Source: Paramecium tetraurelia (lineage: Eukaryota). From it: a DNA stretch of 38,558 nt. Position numbers and translations under genes: made by a program. The notes below the pieces were generated by a model. It searched no databases. It saw only the letters and a program-made list of their open reading frames with translations, and was not told where the DNA came from. How positions within the stretch are numbered: the stretch's first letter is position 1; each line of letters opens with the position of its first letter. The DNA is taken from positions 523,887-562,444 of the forward strand of contig CT868141.1 of the NCBI GenBank assembly GCA_000165425.1. Direction: 5' to 3'. Shown here piece after piece: positions 13,406 to 24,986 of the stretch.

Positions 13406-16066
13406 TCAAACACAAGCATTGCAAATGTAATTATAATGATTATCACAATACTCCTCTTTTGTCAATAATTTCTAAAATTAATACTCTTTTAAACAACGTA
13501 TGCATTTAATCTATCTCAAGTAATGAAACGCATCTAAGCATATGTAGTAAGTCTTGTTTTGGATTTAAATTGTTTTCTCAGTCTATTTGCAGATTTTGCT
13601 TTGGCAATAATGACATTGCTAGTTGAAAAAATTACATTCACTGTTTTTGCAGTTTTTACAGAAATTGATAAAGGTTTCTTGTAATTATTAATAATTAAAT
13701 GCAATTTTAAACTCCTCATTACAGCATTCACATTTACACACATCTTCCTACTTTTTCTTTTCTAGACATCCACTACATATTTCTTGAAAATTAATCAAAT
13801 TTTCCAATTTTTCCTAACAATTACAATTTGCACAAATTTTCTAAAGTTTACTTTGATCAGTTTTACCACCGAATACATCACTTATTTGCTCATATTATCC
13901 TAATTATGATGCATCTGCTTGAAGTATATTTTTACCCAATTTAAGAGTAATGCATAAAGGTGTGCATTTCTAATGCTGAAATTAGAAAAAATTATTTTTA
14001 CCAAGTTCTTAGCAGTTTCCTTCGTCTTCAAACTCTTTGGAATGAATGCATGGATCACTTAATAAATTTGATTTTCCTTATAAGTCAGTGATAATGAGAT
14101 TTTCATTAGTCTTCACATATGTAAAATGGGAAAAAGTAGTAAAATTATACTCTTTATCAAAAAAATCTGCATTGTTACTATATTTTTGCCAAGGAATGTC
14201 TAAATCAATGTAGCTTTCTCCATATATGACTTTTATTCCAAATACTGGAAGATCAAAATAATAAATATATGGTGTAGCATAATATATAGGTAGAAATTTT
14301 CCTTTCTATTAATCGCATTATTGATTAAAATAATGAGATAACTATTTAGCAATTAATTGCTGTTAATATTTGTTTTTGGCATAATTTTTCGATTTTACTT
14401 GTAATTCCTCAGTGATAAATTAATTTTTTTTTATCTATTAAATAATAAATTTAGGAATTTTCAATACCACGTAAATATTATTTTTTTAATCAAAAGCTTT
14501 AAAAACCTAAACATTTTATCCTTTTTCGTTGTTTTATAGATTGAGTTCGGATTTTTCAATTTATAATAATGTTCTTTTTTTTTGCAGCTTTGTTTTTTTC
14601 ATTTAAGATCTAAATTAATTCATGTAAGAGCCATTCCTTGCTTCAAAACTATAATTCATTTGCTACTATTTTCTATATTTAACTTCTCTAAATATAAAGT
14701 CATTATCATCCTCTATTTTTGTTGATTTATGCATAGTTGCAGATAATGAAAATAAAACATAATCTGAAAATTTATTTTCTGTAATCTTAGCACTTGAGTA
14801 ATTTGGAACGCACTTCTTAAAAATTTCTTCCATCTTATCAGTCTATTATTTAATGGAAATAAAAGAAAAAAAAAATCGTTTCTTTTTTTTCACAAAATTT
14901 TCTAATTTCTCCTCTAAATTATTTGTATCAGGCCTATCATCAATTAAACAACTATGATATTTTCTTCCGTGACAAGGGGCATCAGTTATAGTGAATATCT
15001 ATAAAATACTGTCTGGATGTTTAGAAATATTTAAATTGTATGCAACATCTAAGGCTCCAATCAAATCTTCAGGTATGTCTTCTCCTCCTTTAGGTTGAAA
15101 TTTATCAATAAACTTTTCTATTTCTTCTGGCTGAACAGTGAAATCGTGGTATTAAATATGATTAGGTCCATCAGTAAAGTCTCTATAACAAACAGCAGCT
15201 ATTCGGACACAAGATGAAACCGAAATCTTTTTTGTAAATTCTTTAATTATAAATTTGATATTGTGTTTTGCAGCAATTAACCAATCTTCCATACTTATGG
15301 TACAATCTATGATAAATATAATATCCACTTGGGGTCGAAGCTCAATTTGGTTTACCATTGTCAAAAGTGATCTTTGCTCTATAAAGACTTGCATTTGTTA
15401 TTGTTTTTATTATTATTTAATAAAACTTTTATCTTTTTCATCAAATTTTATACACCCTCTGGCAACAATTGCTTTCTCTTTTACTTTCTAGAGTGAATTT
15501 TCTTATAAACTTTCCCAACTTTTATGAGGCTTGATACATCTACCATCTAACATTGGACAGATGCCTTTGAAATTCTTTATGCAAAATTAATCGAAATTGT
15601 AAATTTTTGCAGGACAATTACAATTGATCTCGTCGCAAAACATTTCTGGATTCGCTCCTGAAATTGAATACTCTTTGTATACAATATCTCTTAATTTATC
15701 CCAAGTCACTTTATGAATTAAGGCTGGCTCACCTTTACATTATTTTTTTTTATTTAAACACTATAGACAAACATTTTTTAACCAAGGAGGATGTAAATAT
15801 CTACAATTCAAGTCTTAACAATTTGTCGGACATAAATTATACTACCTAATTCCATTAATTGGATGTTATTGAATTTTGTCTCTTAGTTATTCAATGCTAA
15901 AATGTTATAATCCGCATATGGATTGATTTTGGCAATAATTATTCAAAAACCCTATACATATTCCTGCAAATGCTCTGGGGTGTAATTTGGTACAAAAATT
16001 ATCCATGCATAATAAATTGTACATACAAATTTATTCAGCATCACTATCCTCATCAATGAATTCCAT
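13406..16066 (-). CDS. Alpha-kinase (MHCK/eEF2K family) with N-terminal CCCH zinc fingers, vWA domain and C-terminal CxxC-rich region (~886 aa)
   Basis: Single code-6 frame from ATG 16066 to TGA 13408-13406. Zinc-finger-like units CMYNLLCMDNFCTKLH, CIGFLNNYCQNQSICGLQH and CPTNCQDLNCRYLH; vWA MIDAS DIIFIIDCTISM, GGEDIPED, TDAPCHG; alpha-kinase VVLK, KYSNN, FSHFTY, TDLQG..LSDPCIHS, HQKCTPLC; tail with CANC, CSGC, CKNC, CHYC, CIRC, CNAC. Confidence 0.9.
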
Positions 16067-16349
16067 TCGTAAGTATTTATTTATAATTAATGATTAATTT
16101 AAAGGATCAATAAATTTTATAGAAATAGTATAACAAATAAAATTAATGCTTAATTAAAATACACTAAGTATCTTAGTTAAATTAGATAAGAATCATTAAA
16201 ATAATTAAATATTAATAGAATTAAAATATTGTGTTTATTAAATTTATATATTTTTATAAAAATTCATCATCATATTAATTAAGATAAAAATAAAAGTAAC
16301 CCGTAGAACTTGGAAACATTAAGATAATTAATTATTATAAACTAATCTT

Positions 16350-16760
16350 TTCTAGCTTATTTTGACACATCCAAAAACTGGAGTGAAATAATAACAATCA
16401 AAAACGCAATTATAAATGTTCTTTTAGTCTTTTTTTTTGCTTCTTAGATATTGTATTGAACTATATAAGTTGCAGAGCATAATATTTTAATATCGGTTAG
16501 AAACTTTTCAAACTAACAGCTTCATTTGAAAGATTAAACATCACTTGTATTAATTTTGAATTTTTCAAGTCTTATACCTATTTCCTCTAATAGCCTTTTT
16601 TATCCAAAACAATTGATGCCTATTGAGATTAAAATAGTTATATTCTCAATCTAAGTCTATAAATAGTAAATAGAAATTGCTTTTAATCCTGAAGTTGCAC
16701 ATTTAGGACCTTAGTATTGCCATAAATTTCTTAATCTTTAAATCAAATTACAATTGCAAT
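16350..16760 (-). pseudogene. Possible decayed syntaxin/t-SNARE-like fragment
   Basis: Minus strand gives ...KLIQVMFNLSNEAV...QEAKKKTKRTFIIAFLIVIISLQFL, resembling a SNARE H3 helix, a basic juxtamembrane patch and a C-terminal anchor. No intact gene model can be built. Confidence 0.3.
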
Positions 16761-18408
16761 CTTTTAAAAATAATATATTTCTTCTTTTTCTAGATTTCTT
16801 TTTTTTAAGTTTAAACTAATTTTATATTGCATTAGCTTTGACTACATTTATCTTTCGTTCAAATTTCAACTTCATAATATTTAAACATTCAATTTTTTGT
16901 TTTCTAAAAAACGAAACAACTTTAAGTTGTTCAAATACTTGGAAGTTTAGAGTCGATGCATTCAGGATTATTTAAAAATATTTACATGTTAGATTTAAGG
17001 TCAAGCGTTATCAATTGTCATTTTTCTAAAATCATTCAATCTTTCAACACTAATTATTGTAGATCAACTTAAAGTAGATTTATTAAAAGATCAAAAATAT
17101 AATATTGTCAATTGAATGTTTAAAATCACTCTCTTTATTGAAAGTATTGAATGAGAAAAACAAAATTAAACAAAAATAATTACAAAAATGTTATTGAAAA
17201 AATAGATTCGAGAATTGGAGAATTAGGAAATTTAAGAAGAGTAATAATAGTCATGAATAAATGTGAATGACTGGGATATATTGATATTATTAAAATGTCT
17301 AATTATTTTATTTTTAATAAATTATTCCATTATTTCTCCATTAAAATATTCAATTTCGATTAATTAACAAAAGTATTCAAATTTTAATTTGATTAAATAA
17401 ACAAAGATTCACAGCAATTCGTTCATCAATAAATTTATTAAGAAATAATTATGTAAAAAAGTGATAGATTAACAAACTTAACATTATTTCTAATAGCAAT
17501 CACAATTCTGAGATAGAACCCTAAATCAAAGATATAAAATTCTTCATCTCTTCTATTGATATTTATCCTTTTTTGTTTATTTAATTTGTTATTTTTAAGT
17601 AAATTAGATTCTATCTTACAAGCAATTATGGATGTTAGATAAAAACAAATTTAAGAAGCAGAAAATCAAAATGATATTTATAAAAAGTCCTTACAAGTAA
17701 AGATGATTGGAAGAATGAAATTATTGAATATCATAGAAAGGATATGAAGCCTATTCTAAATAAAATTAAGGAGTTAGAAGAACACATTGTAGGTTGAATT
17801 AAAAATATTTGATCTTTATAGAATCAACCAATATAAACTCAGTAACTATCTAATTCAATCTATTTTCCTTTGAAAAACTTACAAAATTTCAACTCTATTA
17901 TGGTTGATTAGAAATAAAGTATATGCTAGTTAGATATTTAAGAACAATAAGATAATAAGGATATTAATGTTAATTTAACTGAAAAATAATAAAATAACTC
18001 AATCTTGTACAAATCATTGGAATCTTAACGAAGTAAATGATAAAAGTTATACATAACGAATTAGTATGGTCTGTAAAAAGGCATAGATATAAGTAAGTAA
18101 GAGCATAGGACAAAAATAGAAAAAAACTTAATATCTTCTATTATTTTGATATGTTTCAAATTTTCCTCTCTCAAAATATGAACTCATATCTCTTATTAAA
18201 TTAATATCTCAAACCTAAAATATAATTATAATATTAGGTGAATAATAACTTTACATTTATATTAATTCATAAAATGTTGAAATTAATATATTTCGCAATC
18301 AAATATATATATTGTTATTGTATGTCTACCAAGCTAAGACACATTGAAAATGACTTACCAATTCATTTAATATTGTAAATTGAAAACAATCTTTATGCTG
18401 GCGCATGT

Positions 18409-18602
18409 NNNNNNNNNNNNNNNNNNNNNNNNNNNNNNNNNNNNNNNNNNNNNNNNNNNNNNNNNNNNNNNNNNNNNNNNNNNNNNNNNNNNNNNNNNNN
18501 NNNNNNNNNNNNNNNNNNNNNNNNNNNNNNNNNNNNNNNNNNNNNNNNNNNNNNNNNNNNNNNNNNNNNNNNNNNNNNNNNNNNNNNNNNNNNNNNNNNN
18601 NN
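18409..18602. other. Assembly gap (194 N)
   Basis: Run of n characters. Confidence 1.
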
Positions 18603-20039
18603 CTTTTCAAGTATATTTTGTTAAAAACTATACAATCATTTAATATCTTACTATATCTATAATGTATATCTAACTTGAAAGTTATAAATGAACACTATTT
18701 ATTAAAATTATAAGTAAATTATATAAAGATCAGAATTAATCTATACTAAAAATTGACATAATATTTGAGTTTTATAATTAATTTTCTTACTTCTTTTGAA
18801 AAGCATATATATTTAAAGTGTTATGTAATTCAAAATAATCAAGCAAAGCTTAAATGAAATATTTTCCTCTTCTTTAATTTTAGGAAATACTTAAATTTAT
18901 AAATTTGTAATTACAAAAGATTATTTAATTGCTAAGTTGAATATTATAAAACAAAATTAACTTTGAAATCAACTAAAATTAAATTACAAAGTAAATTAAT
19001 ATTTCTTGAACAATATATTCCTAACTTTAAGAGCATAATTACTAACACTAAATGGTGTATGCTTAATTTTCATTAATGTCAATTCCACATAATTGTCCAT
19101 TTATCGGGTCTCTATATACTAATCTTTGTCAGAAAATAATAATTGGACATCCTTTATCTCCTTATAAAAACTATCTACAATTAAAGCAGATCTGTTATTC
19201 AAGTTATAAAAAATTAACTGGTTTTATTTATTTTAGAATTGAATGATGAATTTAATTTTGCTCAGTAAAACAACATATTTGATGTTATATTCACTGTATG
19301 GGTAAAAAAATTATATTCCTCATTATGAAAATTAATTTGAAAATCCATTCGTTAACATAAAAGAAATTCAAAACAAAGAATTAAATCAGCATCTATTATA
19401 AAGTCCTAAAATACATACTCAATCATCTCTATAAAAACATGAGAAGATAAAATTTTAATATCATTTTCTGGGATTAAATGTTTTATAAATTTTAAGTTGT
19501 TTAATTGTAGAGCTGATATTAGAAATTATTTTTCAAATAATATCTATAAATATACTTATCAGCTTGAGAAATAAAATAGGCGCATTGATTCCCCTTAAAT
19601 TTTATTTTCAGAAATTAACTAAGATATACATCAAATTATATACGTAATTCTTTGACATATATCATATCTATTGTTGAATTTCCTTTAATCGTAATTCGTC
19701 ATTATATTTGCAAAATAAAGAATACATTTTTTTGTATTTTAATTATCACAAATATAATATATTTGGCAAATTTTATAATTTAGCAATTAACAAAACACTA
19801 TATTAGAAACCTTATTAATATCCATAATATGAACTCTACAACATTCACCAGGATATTGTAGAAAGGTATATAGCTTTTTAGAGTTATAAATTTAATATCG
19901 GAGATGTTATATCAATTTCGTGAATTACTAAACTAAGAAATTCAACTATATATTTTTCTTTTATAATTAAAAAATATCCAATTATTCTTTAGATTGCAAA
20001 ATACAATTGAAAGGTAATTCACCAGTATATATAAATGTA

Positions 20040-21660
20040 ATGGCGAAATTCCTTTTTAGGAAATTCACTCATTTAAAATTTTTTTATAATTCCAAATGTA
20101 ATGAAAAAGATACAGCTCAGGGTTCAGGTGAGGTAGCCCTTAATATGAAATCATCACCCACCTATGAAGAATCTTTGCGGCTGAAAGCCTAATTAAGACA
20201 TTTCTTGGAGAAGGGTAATGTGGAGGATCCAATTGTCAAAACATTATTCGTGTGGGGATCAAGACCAAAGGATGGTGAATCGAGGAAGTGCTCTTAATTA
20301 GAAGGATGGTTATCTGATGGTCAGATAAAAGGAAAGGAACTATGTGATGAAAGAGCTCCTAAAAATGAAGATCTATGAATGCTAGATGGTGACTGAAATA
20401 GATTGGAGATGGGCCAAATACTCTCTGATGAAGGCCCTTCTAATTGTCACACAGAAATCTTGATTAACAAACAAGAAGAGGAAAAAATATTTTTAAATGG
20501 TACTAACACTGATCAATTATAAGGTCGTTTTACACAGATGGGACTAGTTTCCAAACATTGAACTGATAGTAACGATGGGGTAAGAGGGTAAGTGTTGAAG
20601 AGGACCTTCCATTTTAATAAAGGATGACATGGCTATATACCACCATGTTATTTTAGATAGGAATTAAATTGAATGGAAGTCTATTATAATGATAAGAATC
20701 AGATCAGATACATTTCATCGAATAAGATTGGTCTACGTATATGAGCATCGCCATAGGTAGAATAAAGTAAATGAAAACTAAGGAAAAAAAGTCTAATTGA
20801 AGTAACTCAATAGAGAGATAGCTCATAGCTAAGGAATATGTTCGATACTTTAGAAAAGCAAAAGATAGAGAAACCCGAAAGAAGATAATAGAAGAGAAGA
20901 TGTCAGATTAAGAGTCCCAAAGAGGTTCAGAGATAGAAAGAACTCTTCATTTAATAAATTGAGGATGCCTTGAACTTGACACAGTCAGTTGATGAGAAAT
21001 TGGGCGATTTTCTCCTCCAGCGAAGGGTATTTCCAAATTAGTTGGTCGGGTGTTCTGAATTGTATTGAGCGAATGGCTACCTTTCATTGTTTATGAAGCT
21101 TAACTCTGAAATCATCTAATCATAAAATAAGAAAGACTAGAATGAATTAGCTAAAATGTGAGATAATACAGTAGATAGAATTTATAAAGGTGAGAATGAT
21201 GGACAAATTGAAGGATTTAAGGTTTAGCGAATGCTGTATATGACACATCAGATATGATTGTGTTCATCTCTCCTTCAAGGCAATATAAACTGATTTAATT
21301 AAGGATCCATGCTTACAATAGAATCGATAGATATTCACCGAACCTAATTAAAAAATGAATAAGATATTACAATGTTTCAATCAGAATTCTGAGACATCAT
21401 GGCATTACCTGATGATTTGCCTATTTTGAGCCATCCTAATGGATGCATAAAATTATTTATGTATTGGTTAATCTCCAAAACTGGAAATTCAAGGGAGATA
21501 AAATGGACCTTTTTATTTCAGAAATTGATTTATTATATTTTAATAATAATTTCTGGTATCGGCCATATTAGATTTGAGTATTCCTAAATTTCCGATGACA
21601 CTGAAAGATGCATCAGATGGTAGAGTGCTTGGAAACAAGTAACCAAGATCTAAGGTTTTG
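20040..21660 (+). other. G-rich coding-like island with 12 in-frame TGA codons (recoded ORF, foreign/viral insert or unusual pseudogene)
   Basis: The frame from ATG 20040/20145 is rich in GAN/GGN codons and reads like protein if TGA is sense. GC is 25/60 at 20221-20280 versus 9/60 at 19921-19980. No family motif recognised. Confidence 0.55.
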
Positions 21661-22065
21661 TTATTTAAAATCTATCCATTTTAATTAAAAAAAATTAGAA
21701 ATAATTCATAAGTATTCAATTTTCTAAAAAACTAATATTTTGATAAGGTAATTTCTGGCAAATGGACTACTAATTCATTTTTATTATCAAAGTAATTCAA
21801 AACAATTTAATCATTTTAGGAAATGCAAACTTAATTTTAGAAAGGGTATAAGCAAGAATATTAGCCTGTTATAATTAATGGATTTAATTATATTGCCGAT
21901 CTATTTAAATTAAAGTATACAAGTAAATGAAAACTGCCAAAAATATTTTTTACCTCTAGAGTAAATTTTGATATTGTTTTTATACAAAATAGACTTGTTT
22001 GAGTATGTTAAAAAAGAATAACTGAACCTATTTGATGTGTCACCCTTAATTATAAATAAGTTATT

Positions 22066-22680
22066 ATGGATAGTAAAAGTATAATGATTTTCTGTAAAGT
22101 TGAAGATAGTAATTTCTTCTTTAAAGAAAAAATATAATTTTACAAAAATCGATGCCGATTAAACAAAGTCTTTCTAACATATGATGTAAATATTTTGGCA
22201 CTAAATAGAGATTGTTCGAATTTAGGTAAAGACCCTTAAGCATCAATAAATTATTATTAAAAAAACTAATTAGAAATTTTGAATTTGCAATCAATCAGGT
22301 CTTATCTTAAAAGACAAATATATCAATTTTTATTAAATCATTTGAGATCTAATTCAATTGCTATTATAATTCATGTGTTTCTGAATTTAAATTAACATAA
22401 TAGGTATCATAAGATTGTAAAATTACACTTTTCTTTGGAAGGTATAAATATTCATTAGGAGTCAAGTAGATTTCTTCAATCGCTAGAATTAAGAAATTTT
22501 GAAGATCTATTATTTATACAATCATATTTAATTATATTGTTTATGGAACTTGATTTTTAAAACAATTTAATAAATAGCTCTCTTAAGTATACAATAATGA
22601 TAAATGTATAATATAAAATAAATGAATAATAAAATACAATTATTTGTTAATTTTAAACTTTTAGAATTAGTCATGTCTGA
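22066..22680 (+). CDS. Possible hypothetical protein (204 aa) or chance ORF
   Basis: ATG 22066 to TGA 22678-22680 is open in code 6 (MDSKSIMIFCKVEDSNFFFKEK...). Very AT-rich with no motif; long ORFs arise easily when TGA is the only stop. Confidence 0.2.
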
Positions 22681-22827
22681 AATTTAAGAATTACCCTTTT
22701 CATACATTAATTTTGCCAAAAATATCAATTTTATTGAAACAATAAATAGTTTGTAAAATACATGCAATTATTTTGTTTAATGTTATTTAGAAAATAATAA
22801 TAAGATTTAAAATGTCTTGAAGATATC

Positions 22828-24142
22828 TCAACTAATAATAACTGAAATGATTATTATAATAATAATCTAAATTTATGTCTAATAGTTTGAAATTTCTGAA
22901 TTCGAGCAATGACCATTTCCTGGCCATTCAACACCATCCATGTATAAATTATCGTCGTATTTTTAATTAGAATTAAACCATTTATATAATGTGTTAGAAA
23001 GTGTGTTTCCTGATTATCCTGGTACTTCCCAATCAGAAGAATCATAGCGTGGTGTTAATAAAAAACAATGTTCTAAACAACTAGGGGCAAATCCACCTGT
23101 TTCTTAAAAATTTTACTTTCTTTTCATTATAACATCATAAGTTTTTGAATATAGAGTTTATGAAAAATCTTATTGATCTTAAGAACAATAAGTTAGATTA
23201 TAATTATCAGAACAATCAACTTTAAACAACTAGCTCAAACTATAATAATCATATAATGATTAAACAATAAATACAGGAGTTTTTATGTACTCCAACAAGT
23301 ATTATGCATAATAACATTTCCATTCCTATTGCTGATTATTCTTAACACATTCGCTATTTGGATGAGTAACCTCAGAATTCACTAATTCCATTAGTAAACT
23401 TAGAGATTGCTTTTGATTATCTGTTCCATCTATAGCTGGCATATCAATGAAAATGCCTGAATCTGGAACTCCATAAACAACCACGTTGGCTGACAATTTA
23501 GATCTTATATAATCAACCCAGAAATAGGCCGCTATTCCTCCAGCTGAGCATCCGGAGACTATTACCAGTTCTGCTTTTTATAATTCATCATTTAAATCTA
23601 ACAACCATGATTTAACTATTTGATCTCCTCTAAAATATAATTTTTCATTATTGTATTCTACAGGATCAGATTTATATCCTTGATGGACTAAAGATATTAA
23701 ATAAGTTCTACGTGTTCCATCACAATAATTTAGGTGAATCATATTCCAGTTATAGTAATACTCATTCGCAGTTTTAGTTCTCTCAAACCATCCATGATAA
23801 AACATCTGTTAATTCAAATTTTTAGAGCTTCCTAAGATTGTCTTTGATCTAATATAAATATTAAATGTACCTGGTCAATGCTGATTTGAGTAATTGATCA
23901 TATGTTTATCCTCCAATCCTCCTAAATATATAGATAAATTTTTATTTTACGATCCTCCTTAAAAGTGCAAAATATACTTCTTTGCTCCTGTCCCATATCC
24001 TTCAGCTTTATAAAATGACTTAATTTGTTAAAACAATTACAGATGGTGAGCCATCTAAGCATAAGGCTTTAGGATCGGATATATATACTAATCTAAATGC
24101 CAATATGCATTATAAAATTAGGATCAGGCAGATTTTTTTCAT
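22828..24142 (-). CDS. Pectin acetylesterase / Notum-family carboxylesterase, secreted with hydrophobic C-terminal tail (~405 aa)
   Basis: Signal-like MKKICLILILQCILA; motifs CLDGSP, LHFQGG, WNMIHLNYCDG, nucleophile GCSAGG, PDSGIF, QSLYD and APSCLEH; C-terminus IIIIIIISVIIS-TGA. Introns 24019-24040, 23922-23950, 23849-23870 and 23688-23711. Confidence 0.9.
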
Positions 24143-24986
24143 CAATAACTTATATTATATTAACTAGATAGATAGCCACAATATATATCAAAGGGTTTAA
24201 TATTTTGTAATATGTTAAATTGTTGGTATTTTATAATACGGATTATAGATTAGTGGTTGTTTTACTCCAAAAGACCATCACTTTGTCAATTCATTTATTT
24301 CAACATTCGAATTAAATTAAAGGATACTCATTTTGGTAAATGGTTAATTTAATGTACTCATCTAAAACGTTTGTTTTAAATTGATTGATATCAACCTAAC
24401 CAATTTATGTATTAATCTCAAAAAACAAGGTTGATTAATTGTTTTCAAAAAGAATTTTTACTTAAAAAGTGTTTAGTATATTTATAAACATATACTTATG
24501 TGATTCTAAAAGATTGAAATTTAGAAAAATAAGTAAAATCAACAGATTAATATCAAAGAACTATCTATAATTGAGATGTAATGATAATTTGAATTATAAA
24601 TGCAAATTCTACCCTATTTTAATTATATGTTGGGTAGGACTTTTTTCAAAGAATTTTACATCAAATCTGTGAATTTTATTTTTAAGATTTATGGTCCATT
24701 TAGTTAAAAATTAAACAAAATTTGGGCTGTGTTTTATGATTTTCTTAAATTAAAAATATTATAAAACAATGGAATGAATAATTTTATTATCATATTTAAG
24801 TCTTTTAAGATGAAAAGTGTCAAATTATGGCATCCTTTTTTAGTATAATTTTGATGATTAAAAAAATAAAAGATTAATTCCTTGATAAGATAACTCCTTT
24901 AAGTATCATAAAATTAATAACCAAGTCTAAAGAAGATTATTTTTAATAATGGTCTTTGATATTTCCATTTAATCTCTCAATTTGAA

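Noticed and set aside
18326..18662. Three ORFs made mostly of X
   Set aside because: Artefacts of the N gap.
20040..21660. Island interpreted as a mitochondrial insertion (TGA=Trp) or a selenoprotein
   Set aside because: About 20 in-frame TAA/TAG codons are incompatible with the mitochondrial code. TGA contexts are not Cys/redox-like and I could not identify a SECIS by eye, though this is not formally excluded.
20000..21700. Island as a Tc1/mariner or non-LTR retroelement
   Set aside because: No DDE/DDD, YADD reverse transcriptase or endonuclease motif, and no terminal inverted repeats recognised.
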